Source: Candidatus Treponema scatequi (GTDB lineage Bacteria; Spirochaetota; Spirochaetia; Treponematales; Treponemataceae). From it: a DNA stretch of 42,286 bases. The translations under genes were made by a program, and so were the position numbers. Positions 9,412-18,738 of the stretch are shown in pieces. A model generated the notes under the pieces. It saw only the letters and a list, made by a program, of their open reading frames with translations. It had not been told where the DNA came from and ran no database searches. Positions within the stretch are counted from its first letter, which is position 1. Every line of letters starts with the position of its first letter. The stretch lies in NCBI GenBank assembly GCA_018066075.1, contig JAGHSB010000075.1:1-42286 (forward strand), read 5' to 3'.

Positions 9412-12400
9412 ATGAGTAGGTTTAGTTTGTTCAGTTTCATAAAAAAGAATATTCGCATTTTAATGTGCTTTATATTGAGCACAGTTTTTGCTTTTAATTG
9501 TTTTGCCGCATCATCAAAAGATAAGAAAATTCTTTTTCTTGGATCTGCAGCAGTAGATACAGCAGTTACTTCAGTACAGATAGAATCTTTGAAAGATTCA
9601 TTGAAAGAAGGCTATGAATTGTTCTATCAGTTCATGGATGATGATGAATCACTTGAGATTGACGGCTACAAAAGTTTCTATAACAGAATATCAGAATATA
9701 TAAAGACAAAAAGTTTTGATGCAATCATCGCATCAGGAAACGAAGCATTTCACTTCTGCCTTACTTACAATGAAGAACTTTTTTCGAAAATTCCAATCGT
9801 GTTCTTCGGTGTTTCTGCATCTGATTTAATCATTGAAGGAATGACTTATGACAACATCACTGGTATTCGTGAAGTACTGTACTTTGATGAAAATGTTCTT
9901 CTTGCAAAACGTCTTTTTCCAAATTTGAAATCAATTTATCTTATTACCGATGATTCATTCCTTGGTCAGATGGGATCAAAAATCTATGGCGACCTTGCGA
10001 TGAAGTTTAAAGGAATAAACTTCAAAGAAATTAATGTTGCAGATAGAAGTGATTCATTGATAAGAGAGTCACTTGAGAATAATGATGAAGCAAGCGTTGT
10101 TTTTTATCTTTCTGCAGAAAAATCAGTTGATGGTCCTTTGCATAACCGATCTAAGTATATTCTTGATTGCTGTGCTGAAAGATCGATTCCGGTTTTCAGC
10201 TGTACTCCATCTGGTTTGAATGACGGCGTTTTAGGTGGTTACTGCAGCTCGTATAAAGAAATGGCTTCAATTGCAGGAGAAAGAATCTGGGAATTGTTTG
10301 AAGGAATCGAGCCTCGCTATCTCAGCATCAACACAGACTGTCCTGCAAAATATTATTTTGACAGAAGAATGATGGAGCGCTTTTCAATCAAGAAACAGCA
10401 GCTCCCGAATGATACGATTTACTTAAACGAAAATGAAAGTTATGCAAGTACAATCAGAATTGCAATTGTTGCTTTGATTTTAATTCTTGCAATTTTTATC
10501 GGTGGAATCGTATTAATAATTATTCAGGTTAACAAGAGAAAAGAAATAGAAGAGCGACTTTCAGAAAACAGAAAGATGCTCCATGCCGTAATGGATCAAA
10601 GTGAAACTGTTTACTGGGAATGTGACTTTTCTAAAACAGAAGCAGAAGTTCCTGAAGATACTGATTTTCTTCTTGAAGAGCTCGAGCCTGTTGATGAAGA
10701 TGAAGAAGTTGTTCCGAGTGCAACAGAACCTGTAGCAGATACTGGTGTTGTTGATAACGCACTTCTTGATATCAAGACAGATGATGTCGTAATGGGATGG
10801 ATCTATTCAGGAATCATCCAGCGTGAATATCGTGAACAGTTTAACCGCATGCTTCAGGATTTTAAGGAAGGCAAGACTAAAAAATCAATTGAAATTGATA
10901 TTCCAATCGGAATCGAAGATATCAGAAACAATGTATTTACAGACAGATGGAAGCACATTGTTTACAGAGCTATCAAAACTGAAAATGAAAAGGTTGTAAG
11001 GGCAATCTGTTCTTCAACTGATGTCACAAGCCAGAAACGTGCAGAACGCGAATACGAAGGTATCATGAAGTACCAGAGTTTCGTTCAGCAGAGTTATCCG
11101 GCATATACACGACTTAACTTAACAAAAAATATTGTTCTTGAAAGATTTATCAATGTTCCTGATTTGAATAAAGGTGTTGCAGGAAATTCTGCAGTAAGCG
11201 AATTAAATTTCCTTCGCAGCATCATCACAACACGAGAACAGAACAAAGGTTTTGCAACTACACTTGAACGCGAAGAGCTCATCATCTCTTTCAAAAACGG
11301 TGCCCGTCAGAAAGAATGTGACTTCTGTTACCAGCTTTCAAACGGTGCACTTCACTGGTTTAATTTCTGTATGGAACTTGCTTTCAATCCGACAAGCGGT
11401 GACATCGAAGCATATTGTTATTTGAAAGACATCACAAGCCAGACGATTTCAACAATTACAAAAGACTCTGTATTGAATGAAGACGTTGAATATATTTTCT
11501 GGCTCAATACGATTACAGGTGTAGTTCAGTTTATCAACAAGTCAGAAGGCCTTACATGGATTCCGGATGATGAAGTAATTGATTATTCAAACTTCATGGC
11601 AGAGTTCCTTAAGAAAAAAATTCCTGATTCAGATAAAGATAAAATCAGAGAAGACTTTAATGTAACTAACATCAAGGAAAAACTTAATTCTACTGATGAA
11701 GTAAGTTTTACTTATCATACAAGAACAGAAGACGGCTCAATCGAAATCAAGCAGGAAAAAGTTTACTATCTTGAAAAGAATGCAAACGTTTTGATTTTCG
11801 TTTGTACGGATATTACTGCAATTACAATGATGGAAAATCAGCAGAACGAAAAACTTGCCCTTGCCATCAAGCAGGCTGAAAAAGCAAATTATGCAAAGAG
11901 TGACTTTTTGTCACGAATGTCACACGACCTTCGTACTCCAATGAACGGAATCATGGGTATTGCAGAACTCGCAAGTAAAGAGCTTGAAGATCCTGTTGCA
12001 CTTGAAAGAGATATTAATAAAATCAGATCTTCAAGTTCCTACATGCTTGGTCTTTTGAATGATATTCTTGATATGTCAAAAATTGAAAGTGGTAAACTTG
12101 AAATCCGAAAATCAAAAGCATCTTTTGGTGACATGCTTGAAAATATCATCACTCTTGCCCATGTTATGTGTGACAAAAACGGAATTACATTCTACTGCAA
12201 TCGTGATCCTGACAAATACCGCGGTTATATGGTTAACGTTGACCGCCTTCACATTCAGCAGGTAGCAATGAATCTTTTATCAAATGCTTCAAAATATACA
12301 CCTGATGGCGGTCGAATTGAATTTTTACTTGATGTAGTGGAACAGAAAGAGTCCAGCGTTGAAGTAAAAGTTGTAATCAGGGACACTGGTGTCGGAATGA

Positions 12401-13044
12401 CTAAAGAGTTCCAGAAGATTATGTACGATGCATTTACTCAAGATTCCAACTCTGTAAACAAAGTCGGTACAGGACTTGGACTTGCGATTGTTCATAACCT
12501 TGTTCGTCTCATGGGCGGAACAATTGATTGTGTTTCGGCTCCAGGCGAAGGAACAGAGTTTACAATCGTTCTTGAAATTGAAACTCTTGATTCTGAAGTA
12601 ACAGCCGGAAAAGAAACATCTGCTGGTAAAAAATCAGTTACAGAAGTTTCAATTAAAGGAAAACGGGCACTTCTTGTTGAAGATAATGAACTTAATCAGG
12701 AAATTGCATCTCGACTTCTTATTAACGAGGGAATGGAAGTTGAAATTGCAGGAAATGGTCTTGAAGCTCTTAATAAGTTCAGTGAAAAAGAATTGAATTA
12801 TTATGATGTCGTTTTGATGGATGTCATGATGCCGGTAATGGATGGATTACAGGCAACTCATCTCCTCAGGAATCTTGAAAGAGAAGATGCGCACAAAGTT
12901 CCAATTATCGCAATGACTGCAAATGCTTTTACAGAAGACATCGAGAAATGTGTTGCAGCTGGAATGAACACTCATATTGCGAAACCAATCGAAGTAGACA
13001 AGATGATTTCGACAATTAAGGAATATATAGGCAAAGATTTGTAA
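9412..13044 (+). CDS. Hybrid sensor histidine kinase/response regulator with a periplasmic substrate-binding-like sensor domain
   Basis: Signal/TM, periplasmic region and second TM; H-box FLSRMSHDLRTPMN; N-box NLLSNASKYT; G-boxes DTGVGM and GTGLGL; receiver LLVEDN..VLMDVMMPVMDG..IAKP. Confidence 0.93.
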   Translation: MSRFSLFSFIKKNIRILMCFILSTVFAFNCFAASSKDKKILFLGSAAVDTAVTSVQIESLKDSLKEGYELFYQFMDDDESLEIDGYKSFYNRISEYIKTKSFDAIIASGNEAFHFCLTYNEELFSKIPIVFFGVSASDLIIEGMTYDNITGIREVLYFDENVLLAKRLFPNLKSIYLITDDSFLGQMGSKIYGDLAMKFKGINFKEINVADRSDSLIRESLENNDEASVVFYLSAEKSVDGPLHNRSKYILDCCAERSIPVFSCTPSGLNDGVLGGYCSSYKEMASIAGERIWELFEGIEPRYLSINTDCPAKYYFDRRMMERFSIKKQQLPNDTIYLNENESYASTIRIAIVALILILAIFIGGIVLIIIQVNKRKEIEERLSENRKMLHAVMDQSETVYWECDFSKTEAEVPEDTDFLLEELEPVDEDEEVVPSATEPVADTGVVDNALLDIKTDDVVMGWIYSGIIQREYREQFNRMLQDFKEGKTKKSIEIDIPIGIEDIRNNVFTDRWKHIVYRAIKTENEKVVRAICSSTDVTSQKRAEREYEGIMKYQSFVQQSYPAYTRLNLTKNIVLERFINVPDLNKGVAGNSAVSELNFLRSIITTREQNKGFATTLEREELIISFKNGARQKECDFCYQLSNGALHWFNFCMELAFNPTSGDIEAYCYLKDITSQTISTITKDSVLNEDVEYIFWLNTITGVVQFINKSEGLTWIPDDEVIDYSNFMAEFLKKKIPDSDKDKIREDFNVTNIKEKLNSTDEVSFTYHTRTEDGSIEIKQEKVYYLEKNANVLIFVCTDITAITMMENQQNEKLALAIKQAEKANYAKSDFLSRMSHDLRTPMNGIMGIAELASKELEDPVALERDINKIRSSSSYMLGLLNDILDMSKIESGKLEIRKSKASFGDMLENIITLAHVMCDKNGITFYCNRDPDKYRGYMVNVDRLHIQQVAMNLLSNASKYTPDGGRIEFLLDVVEQKESSVEVKVVIRDTGVGMTKEFQKIMYDAFTQDSNSVNKVGTGLGLAIVHNLVRLMGGTIDCVSAPGEGTEFTIVLEIETLDSEVTAGKETSAGKKSVTEVSIKGKRALLVEDNELNQEIASRLLINEGMEVEIAGNGLEALNKFSEKELNYYDVVLMDVMMPVMDGLQATHLLRNLEREDAHKVPIIAMTANAFTEDIEKCVAAGMNTHIAKPIEVDKMISTIKEYIGKDL

Positions 13045-13173
13045 ACCCGGCACTAAAATTCTCTCCTGGCCGGGCAAATTCCACCATACTCTCTCCAAAA
13101 AAAATCACGAATTTTCTTTAAAAAACATGAATTCTGTAATAAAATTGAATTTACAAACAGTAGAGGGTTTGAT

Positions 13174-14892
13174 ATGAACGCCAAGGATATACAGGAACAG
13201 ATTCAGCTTTACAGCGACAAGACAGAAGAAATTTTTTTGAATCTAGCAGAAAGATTTCCCCTTCTTTTAAATAAAGAAGAAGGCTCTTCAATGGATTCGC
13301 TTCTTGAAATGTTTCACAAGCTAAAGGAACAGAATACAGTAGTCGATTCAAATGAGGAACGCTTTTTTTCTTTCTATGATCGAAAATATACTCCGCTTTT
13401 TGATGCACTCAACGCAAAAATCGTTGACCTTTCAAATGTAAATGCAGACGTAAAAAAAATCAAAGATAATTCAGAAGAGATGGAACTTATTGCGCTCAAT
13501 GCCATGGTAATTTCCATTAAGTCTGGTGAAAAGGGCCGTGCATTCAGTAGTATTACAGAAAGTTTGAAACAGCTTTCTACAGACATGAACATCTATGCAA
13601 ATAAGCTTCTCGAAGAAGAGCAGCAGCTTTTGCATGAAATAAAAGAACTTAAAAAAGTATTTAATGGAATCATGGATTCGCAGAAAAATCTTTCTACATC
13701 CGGTTCCACTTCATCATCAAGCGTTTACAGTTTGATTTCGATGGCTTCAGATCCTCTCAACGAAATTAAAGACATCATCAATTCTGTTTATCCGCCGATT
13801 CAGGCAGCGATGGAAGGATTGCAGCTTCAGGACATTATTCGTCAGGCAATGGAACATATTCTTTTGTGTCTCAAGGAATGTTCTGCAATCGATCTTTCAC
13901 AGGAAGTAAACGAAGATCTTCTTGATAACGTAACATTTAACATTCAGCTTTTGAAACTTTCTAATTCTGTACTCGATGACATTTGTGACAACATCAAGAA
14001 GAGTTCAGAAATATTTGAATCAAACTGGGTAAAAGTATCTGATACTTTGCGCGCAGTTGAACCAAAACGACTTGAATACATCAGCCGCTTTTTGGACAGA
14101 CAGAAAGTTACAAAAGACAACATCTATGCAAACATGGCAAAGATTAATGACAACTTTGCAGAAATTTTATCGATGTTCGGCTTATATCAGTCGAGTCAGA
14201 AATCACTCGAAAGAAACTGTAACGAGATTACTGTAAAAGCACATCAGATGTTTGCAGTATTCGAAGCATTGAAACCAATCATCGACAGACTTCACCATGT
14301 AAGAATTTTGCAGCAGATTGAAGTTGCAAAGAACCCTGCAATCATTGCGGTAAAAGATTCTGTAACAGACATGGATAATCTTATCAACAATGCGAATGAT
14401 TCGCTTGATGAAATGCAGGAAATGCTCGTTACATTCATCACTCAGATTGGTGATCTTCTCGAACAGTTTACATCTGCAATCAGAAATGACAACGCAGAGA
14501 TGAATAAAATCAGAATTGCGAAAAATGCATTCTTCAATGAATTCCGTTCGGTACAGGATGGACTTTCTTCCATTCTTTCATCGTTCAGCGTATTCCCTGC
14601 TGGCTTTGAACAGATTTGTGTTTCAGTTCAGAACAGACTCAATGAACTTGAAGATGTACATAGTAATCTTAAGCATATAATGTCTCAGATGAGCGATGAA
14701 GTTACAAGACTTGAAGCAAAGAAAATGACATATATGCAGCAACTTAATGTCAGCTCATGGGAACTCAAAGATGACAGACTTAAAGAACTTGTACAGCACT
14801 TTACGATTACTGCTCATAAAGAAGAAGCTGGTCAGCTTGGTAGTTTCGAAGTAGAAAACGGTGTTGAATCAGGCGATATAACATTCTTCTAG
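13174..14892 (+). CDS. Soluble methyl-accepting chemotaxis-like coiled-coil protein
   Basis: Divergent MCP hairpin tip ELIALNAMVISIKSGEKGRAFSSITESLKQLS; LQLQDIIRQ motif; C-terminal GDITFF; no TM segment; directly upstream of cheD. Confidence 0.7.
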   Translation: MNAKDIQEQIQLYSDKTEEIFLNLAERFPLLLNKEEGSSMDSLLEMFHKLKEQNTVVDSNEERFFSFYDRKYTPLFDALNAKIVDLSNVNADVKKIKDNSEEMELIALNAMVISIKSGEKGRAFSSITESLKQLSTDMNIYANKLLEEEQQLLHEIKELKKVFNGIMDSQKNLSTSGSTSSSSVYSLISMASDPLNEIKDIINSVYPPIQAAMEGLQLQDIIRQAMEHILLCLKECSAIDLSQEVNEDLLDNVTFNIQLLKLSNSVLDDICDNIKKSSEIFESNWVKVSDTLRAVEPKRLEYISRFLDRQKVTKDNIYANMAKINDNFAEILSMFGLYQSSQKSLERNCNEITVKAHQMFAVFEALKPIIDRLHHVRILQQIEVAKNPAIIAVKDSVTDMDNLINNANDSLDEMQEMLVTFITQIGDLLEQFTSAIRNDNAEMNKIRIAKNAFFNEFRSVQDGLSSILSSFSVFPAGFEQICVSVQNRLNELEDVHSNLKHIMSQMSDEVTRLEAKKMTYMQQLNVSSWELKDDRLKELVQHFTITAHKEEAGQLGSFEVENGVESGDITFF

Positions 14893-14905
14893 GTGATGGT
14901 CTCAA

Positions 14906-15433
14906 ATGGTAAAATATTTAGATAATCACTTTAAGCGTGAAGTTGTAACGATATATCCAGGTGAATTTTACGTTTCAAAAGGTCCAGAGTTTGTTTCAAC
15001 AATTCTTGGTTCTTGTGTAGCAATCGTTTTATTTGATGAAGAAAATAAGATTGGCGGCATTAATCATTTTATGCTCGCAAAAGATAAATTTGCTGATTCA
15101 GAAGCAGATTTGAACGGTGCTCTCAAAACAAAATACGGAAAATATGCAATTGATGAACTCATAAAAGAAATGGAATTCCAAGGCGCAAAGAAATTTAATT
15201 TTCAGGCAAAAATCTTTGGCGGTTCAAATGTCTTTAATATTCCTGATTCAAATCTTGATATGGTTGGAAATGAGAACATCCGTTTTGCAAAAGAATATCT
15301 CGCAAAATTAAATATTCCGATTATCGCAGAAGATCTTGGCGGAGTTCCGTCAAGAAAAGTTGTTTTTGATCCTGCAACTTTTAAAGTGCTCGTAAAAAAA
15401 ATCAACAAACAGAATGATGATTCTGAATGTTGA
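14906..15433 (+). CDS. cheD: Chemoreceptor glutamine deamidase CheD
   Basis: STILGSCVAIVL, GGINHFML, KYG, AKIFGG, VGNEN, EDLGG motifs. Confidence 0.92.
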   Translation: MVKYLDNHFKREVVTIYPGEFYVSKGPEFVSTILGSCVAIVLFDEENKIGGINHFMLAKDKFADSEADLNGALKTKYGKYAIDELIKEMEFQGAKKFNFQAKIFGGSNVFNIPDSNLDMVGNENIRFAKEYLAKLNIPIIAEDLGGVPSRKVVFDPATFKVLVKKINKQNDDSEC

Positions 15434-15464
15434 TTTTTATGAAGATTAAATTTCTCTGAAAAAT

Positions 15465-16451
15465 TTATTTCAGTATATTAGAAAATTCTCCTGTGAGTGC
15501 TTCAATGTCAGTTGAATCTGTCGGATCAGAGTCTTCGAGGTTTTCGTTAAAGTTGTAAGTGTGAGAAAGGATTCTGTCACTTGCTGTATTGAGCTGCTTG
15601 ATAAATGGGCTTTCTGGTTTTGAAAGTGCAACAGGAGTTCTTGTTGCAACTGCAAGTTCAACTGAGTTGTCGCGCGGTGTAAAGCCTACGAAGTCGAGCG
15701 TGATGTTGAGCTTATTCCATACGAGGGAACGAAGGCGTCGTGCCATCTCGAGATCCTGAGTTGTTCTTCCCATGTTGAGAATTACCTGAGGTCTGTATTT
15801 GGCAAGTTCCATTTTTGCTTTTGCACCAGACTCTGGAAACAGTCTGCAGATTTCTTCGACGAGTGCAACGTAAGAACTTTCGGCACCGGCAACGCTTGTC
15901 TTGATGTAGTTGTCGATGAGTGCGCGTTCTTCAGATTTTGCCTTGAACTGTCTGTTTAAGAATCTGTATGCTGCAGCTTTTAAAAATGAATATGCGTTTA
16001 GAATGGAAGTAAGTTCCGGGCTGGTGACTAAAAGCGAATTGTATGTCAAAAGATAAATGTCGAGTGTGTTGTAAGTTGTTCCGCCGCCGAGATCGAGAAC
16101 AGCGTAGTCTGCATCAAGCGCTTCGATTTCTTTTATGATTTTTCGCTTGATGAAATATCCCATGTTAGGAGTGCCCGGAAACAGACAGTCACCTGCGATA
16201 AACTTGAGGTTAGGAACACTTGTTTCCTGCATTAAAGGCTCGAGCGAAGTTTCCTGTTTGTAGATGAAGTTTCCAAGACCTGCGTGATTATTTTTGAGTC
16301 CGAGCAAAGTGTGCAGGTTTGCACCACCCAGATCAAAATCCATGAGAACAACTTTTTTTCCTTTTTGCGCCAGAAGTATCGAAAGATTAACGGCAATCGC
16401 GCTCTTTCCGACTCCCCCCTTTCCACTGGCAATCGGCAGAATATTAACCAT
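15465..16451 (-). CDS. MinD/ParA/FlhG-family P-loop ATPase
   Basis: Deviant Walker A ASGKGGVGKS; DFDLGGANLHTLLG; LDLGGG; PELTSILNAY. Confidence 0.88.
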   Translation of the reverse strand: MVNILPIASGKGGVGKSAIAVNLSILLAQKGKKVVLMDFDLGGANLHTLLGLKNNHAGLGNFIYKQETSLEPLMQETSVPNLKFIAGDCLFPGTPNMGYFIKRKIIKEIEALDADYAVLDLGGGTTYNTLDIYLLTYNSLLVTSPELTSILNAYSFLKAAAYRFLNRQFKAKSEERALIDNYIKTSVAGAESSYVALVEEICRLFPESGAKAKMELAKYRPQVILNMGRTTQDLEMARRLRSLVWNKLNITLDFVGFTPRDNSVELAVATRTPVALSKPESPFIKQLNTASDRILSHTYNFNENLEDSDPTDSTDIEALTGEFSNILK

Positions 16452-16564
16452 AGTAATTTAATTATAAGTCCAAAGTTTTGAAAAATAAAGTGGAATTTTA
16501 TCTTGCTGTTTGTGAAAGTTTATTGTCAGATAAAAATTATTTTGAAGATGTTTGTAATCTGATG

Positions 16565-16593
16565 TTGGTGCGTTTTTTGTTCTGTGCTATAAT
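16565..16593 (+). promoter_or_regulatory. Sigma70-type promoter with extended -10, giving a leaderless ltaE mRNA
   Basis: TTGGTG (16565-16570), 17 nt, TATAAT (16588-16593) preceded by TG; ATG follows after 6 nt; no SD. Confidence 0.65.
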
Positions 16594-16599
16594 TCGCTT

Positions 16600-17625
16600 A
16601 TGTTAAATTTTGAATCTGATTATATCGAAGGGGCGCATCCTTTAATTCTGGAACGCCTTGCACAGACTAATATGGAAGCACTCAGCGGCTATTGCGTTGA
16701 TAAATACTGCGAGAGTGCAAAAGAAAAAATCAAAGCTGCGTGTGAAGATAAAGATGCAGTAGTTGAATTTATCGTAGGCGGAACTCAAACAAACCAGCTT
16801 GTAATCGACTCGATTTTAAAACCATTTGAAGGTGTAATTGCAGCTCACACAGGACATGTAAGCGTTCACGAAGCGGGAGCAATTGAATATACGGGACATA
16901 AAGTTTTAACTGTCCCTGGCCACAACGGAAAAATGGATGCGAAAGAACTTGACGAGTACATCGCAGACTTTTACGCAGACGGAAATCACGAACACATGGT
17001 CTTTCCTGGGCTCATTTACATTTCGTTTCCGACAGAATACGGCACATTATATTCAAAACAAGAACTAACTGAAATCTCTCGTGTATGCAAAACGCGTCAA
17101 ATTCCACTTTTTGTAGACGGCGCAAGACTCGGCTACGGACTTACAAGCCTTGAATGCGACATCACATTGGCAGAACTCGCAAAACTTGCCGACGTCTTTT
17201 ATATCGGCGGAACAAAAGTCGGCGCCCTCTGCGGTGAAGCAATCGTTTTCACACACAACAACGAGCCGGCACATTTTGTAAACCTCACAAAAAAGCACGG
17301 CGCACTTCTCGCAAAAGGCCGTCTTCTCGGAGTTCAGTTTGATACGCTTTTCACTGACGATCTGTATTTCAAAATCAGTAAGAATGCAATTGAACAGGCA
17401 ATGGTAATCAAAAAGGCACTCGCAGAAAAAGGCTACAAGTTCTTGCTTGATTCTCCGACTAACCAGCAGTTTGTCGTTGTGGAAAATTTCAAGTTACCGA
17501 AACTTTCGGAACATGTTAAATATGGCTTCTGGGAAAAGGTAGATGATGATCACACCGCGATAAGATTTGCAACAAGCTGGGCGACAAGTGAAGAGAAGAT
17601 GAAAGAACTAATTGAGATTTTGTAA
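16600..17625 (+). CDS. ltaE: Low-specificity L-threonine aldolase (PLP-dependent)
   Basis: FESDY.EGAHP, GGTQTN, HEAGAIE, DGARL, YIGGTK (PLP lysine), IRFATSWAT. Confidence 0.88.
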   Translation: MLNFESDYIEGAHPLILERLAQTNMEALSGYCVDKYCESAKEKIKAACEDKDAVVEFIVGGTQTNQLVIDSILKPFEGVIAAHTGHVSVHEAGAIEYTGHKVLTVPGHNGKMDAKELDEYIADFYADGNHEHMVFPGLIYISFPTEYGTLYSKQELTEISRVCKTRQIPLFVDGARLGYGLTSLECDITLAELAKLADVFYIGGTKVGALCGEAIVFTHNNEPAHFVNLTKKHGALLAKGRLLGVQFDTLFTDDLYFKISKNAIEQAMVIKKALAEKGYKFLLDSPTNQQFVVVENFKLPKLSEHVKYGFWEKVDDDHTAIRFATSWATSEEKMKELIEIL

Positions 17626-17636
17626 GGGGAAAAGAG

Positions 17637-17861
17637 TTAGGCAATCACAACGTCTTTAACGATTTCTTTTATCTGTTCTTCAGACATATCAAGTGACTTT
17701 GAAATGAGTTCTATTGAGACACCGTTTTCGAAAAGTTTTCGGGCGCTGTCGATTTTGGTTTGTTCAATTCCCTTTGTAATTCCTTCTTCAACACCATCTT
17801 CAAAACCATCGTTATAACATCCCTTACGGAAAGCTTCTTCGTCAAATTCTGTCAAACTCAT
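17637..17861 (-). CDS. Putative internally initiated small Rpn (RpnS-like, 74 aa) in frame within the Rpn gene
   Basis: Perfect AAGGAGG (17879-17873) with an 11-nt spacer before the in-frame ATG (MSLTEFDEEAFRKG...). Confidence 0.55.
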   Translation of the reverse strand: MSLTEFDEEAFRKGCYNDGFEDGVEEGITKGIEQTKIDSARKLFENGVSIELISKSLDMSEEQIKEIVKDVVIA

Positions 17862-18545
17862 AGCCAGGATTTCCTCCTTCTGTAATTTGAAAAAGCCGTT
17901 CAAAAAATTTTCTTTAATTGCCCAGTCTACGGCTTCGTTTACTGCTGCAGTCCCAGACAGTCCTTTCTTCTTGTTGTCCGAGATTCGTGAAACGTAACTT
18001 ATATAATTATACAACGGCTCACAAATTTTTTGAAGAGATTCATTGTGCCCTCTGTTGATGTTTATCATTTCAGCAGTCCATTCAAAGAAACCAGTTTTAT
18101 CCGGGATTTCGAATGAGTCTGAAAGTCTAAGCAGCGTTCTATCCGGACATTGCTTTTCTCCGTTGTAGAATACGATGAACTTAGGGTTTGGAATTTTGAT
18201 CAGTTTCGGCCTGTGAACATCCTTTTCGTTCTCCGATAGATACATCTGATACAACTGCGAAAAATACATCAGTCCCCTCAGCGGCATATTCGGATTATAC
18301 GTACTCTGCTGTTCATACAGATTCATCTGAGAGTCGATGAGAAAAGAGATGTCGTTTTTCATCGTGATGTAGATGACGTTGTCGATTGTGTTGAGTTTGA
18401 GAGCGTCCGGGTCGGTGTAGTGAGAATTGTTAAGCGCGTTGTACAGCTGCAGCCTCCAGACTTTGCTCTGCTCCGTGTCACGGCCGAAGATGGCTTTGAA
18501 CAGCCTGTCGCGGTACTGCGGGTGAGTGGTAGTATTACATTCCAT
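17637..18545 (-). CDS. Rpn/YhgA-like PD-(D/E)XK nuclease (putative transposase family)
   Basis: YRDRLFKAIFG, KNDISF, LYEQQST.NPNMPLRGL, VFYNG, C-terminal (E/D)G repeats and a helix-turn-helix-like tail; SD GGAGG favours ATG 18545 over GTG 18560. Confidence 0.85.
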   Translation of the reverse strand: MECNTTTHPQYRDRLFKAIFGRDTEQSKVWRLQLYNALNNSHYTDPDALKLNTIDNVIYITMKNDISFLIDSQMNLYEQQSTYNPNMPLRGLMYFSQLYQMYLSENEKDVHRPKLIKIPNPKFIVFYNGEKQCPDRTLLRLSDSFEIPDKTGFFEWTAEMININRGHNESLQKICEPLYNYISYVSRISDNKKKGLSGTAAVNEAVDWAIKENFLNGFFKLQKEEILAMSLTEFDEEAFRKGCYNDGFEDGVEEGITKGIEQTKIDSARKLFENGVSIELISKSLDMSEEQIKEIVKDVVIA

Positions 18546-18672
18546 TAAAATAACCTCCACTCATAAAATACGCGCGATTGATAAAAATATTACCAAAAAT
18601 ACTACAGCTTTCCAAATTCCACATAAAAACACTCCAAATTCCTCTCTCCCCAAAATTTAAACTCCCGCTTTC

Positions 18673-18701
18673 TTGACTTTCCACCAAAAATTCCCTATAT
18701 T
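18673..18701 (+). promoter_or_regulatory. Sigma70-type promoter of the tetR-efflux operon
   Basis: TTGACT (18673-18678), 17 nt, TATATT (18696-18701). Confidence 0.75.
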
Positions 18702-18704
18702 TTA

Positions 18705-18724
18705 GTTACCGAACATTCGGTAAC
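18705..18724. promoter_or_regulatory. Palindromic operator, probably bound by the adjacent TetR
   Basis: Perfect 9-bp inverted repeat GTTACCGAA-CA-TTCGGTAAC spanning the predicted transcription start. Confidence 0.75.
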
Positions 18725-18738
18725 ATAATTGTTAAGAA

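Noticed and set aside
13046-13074. CCCGGC...GCCGGG inverted repeat after the kinase as a terminator
   Set aside because: Only a 6-bp stem with a large loop and no following U-tract, too weak to call.
17637-18560. Rpn gene as an insertion sequence
   Set aside because: No terminal inverted repeats or target duplication seen, and the family is not shown to be a true transposase.
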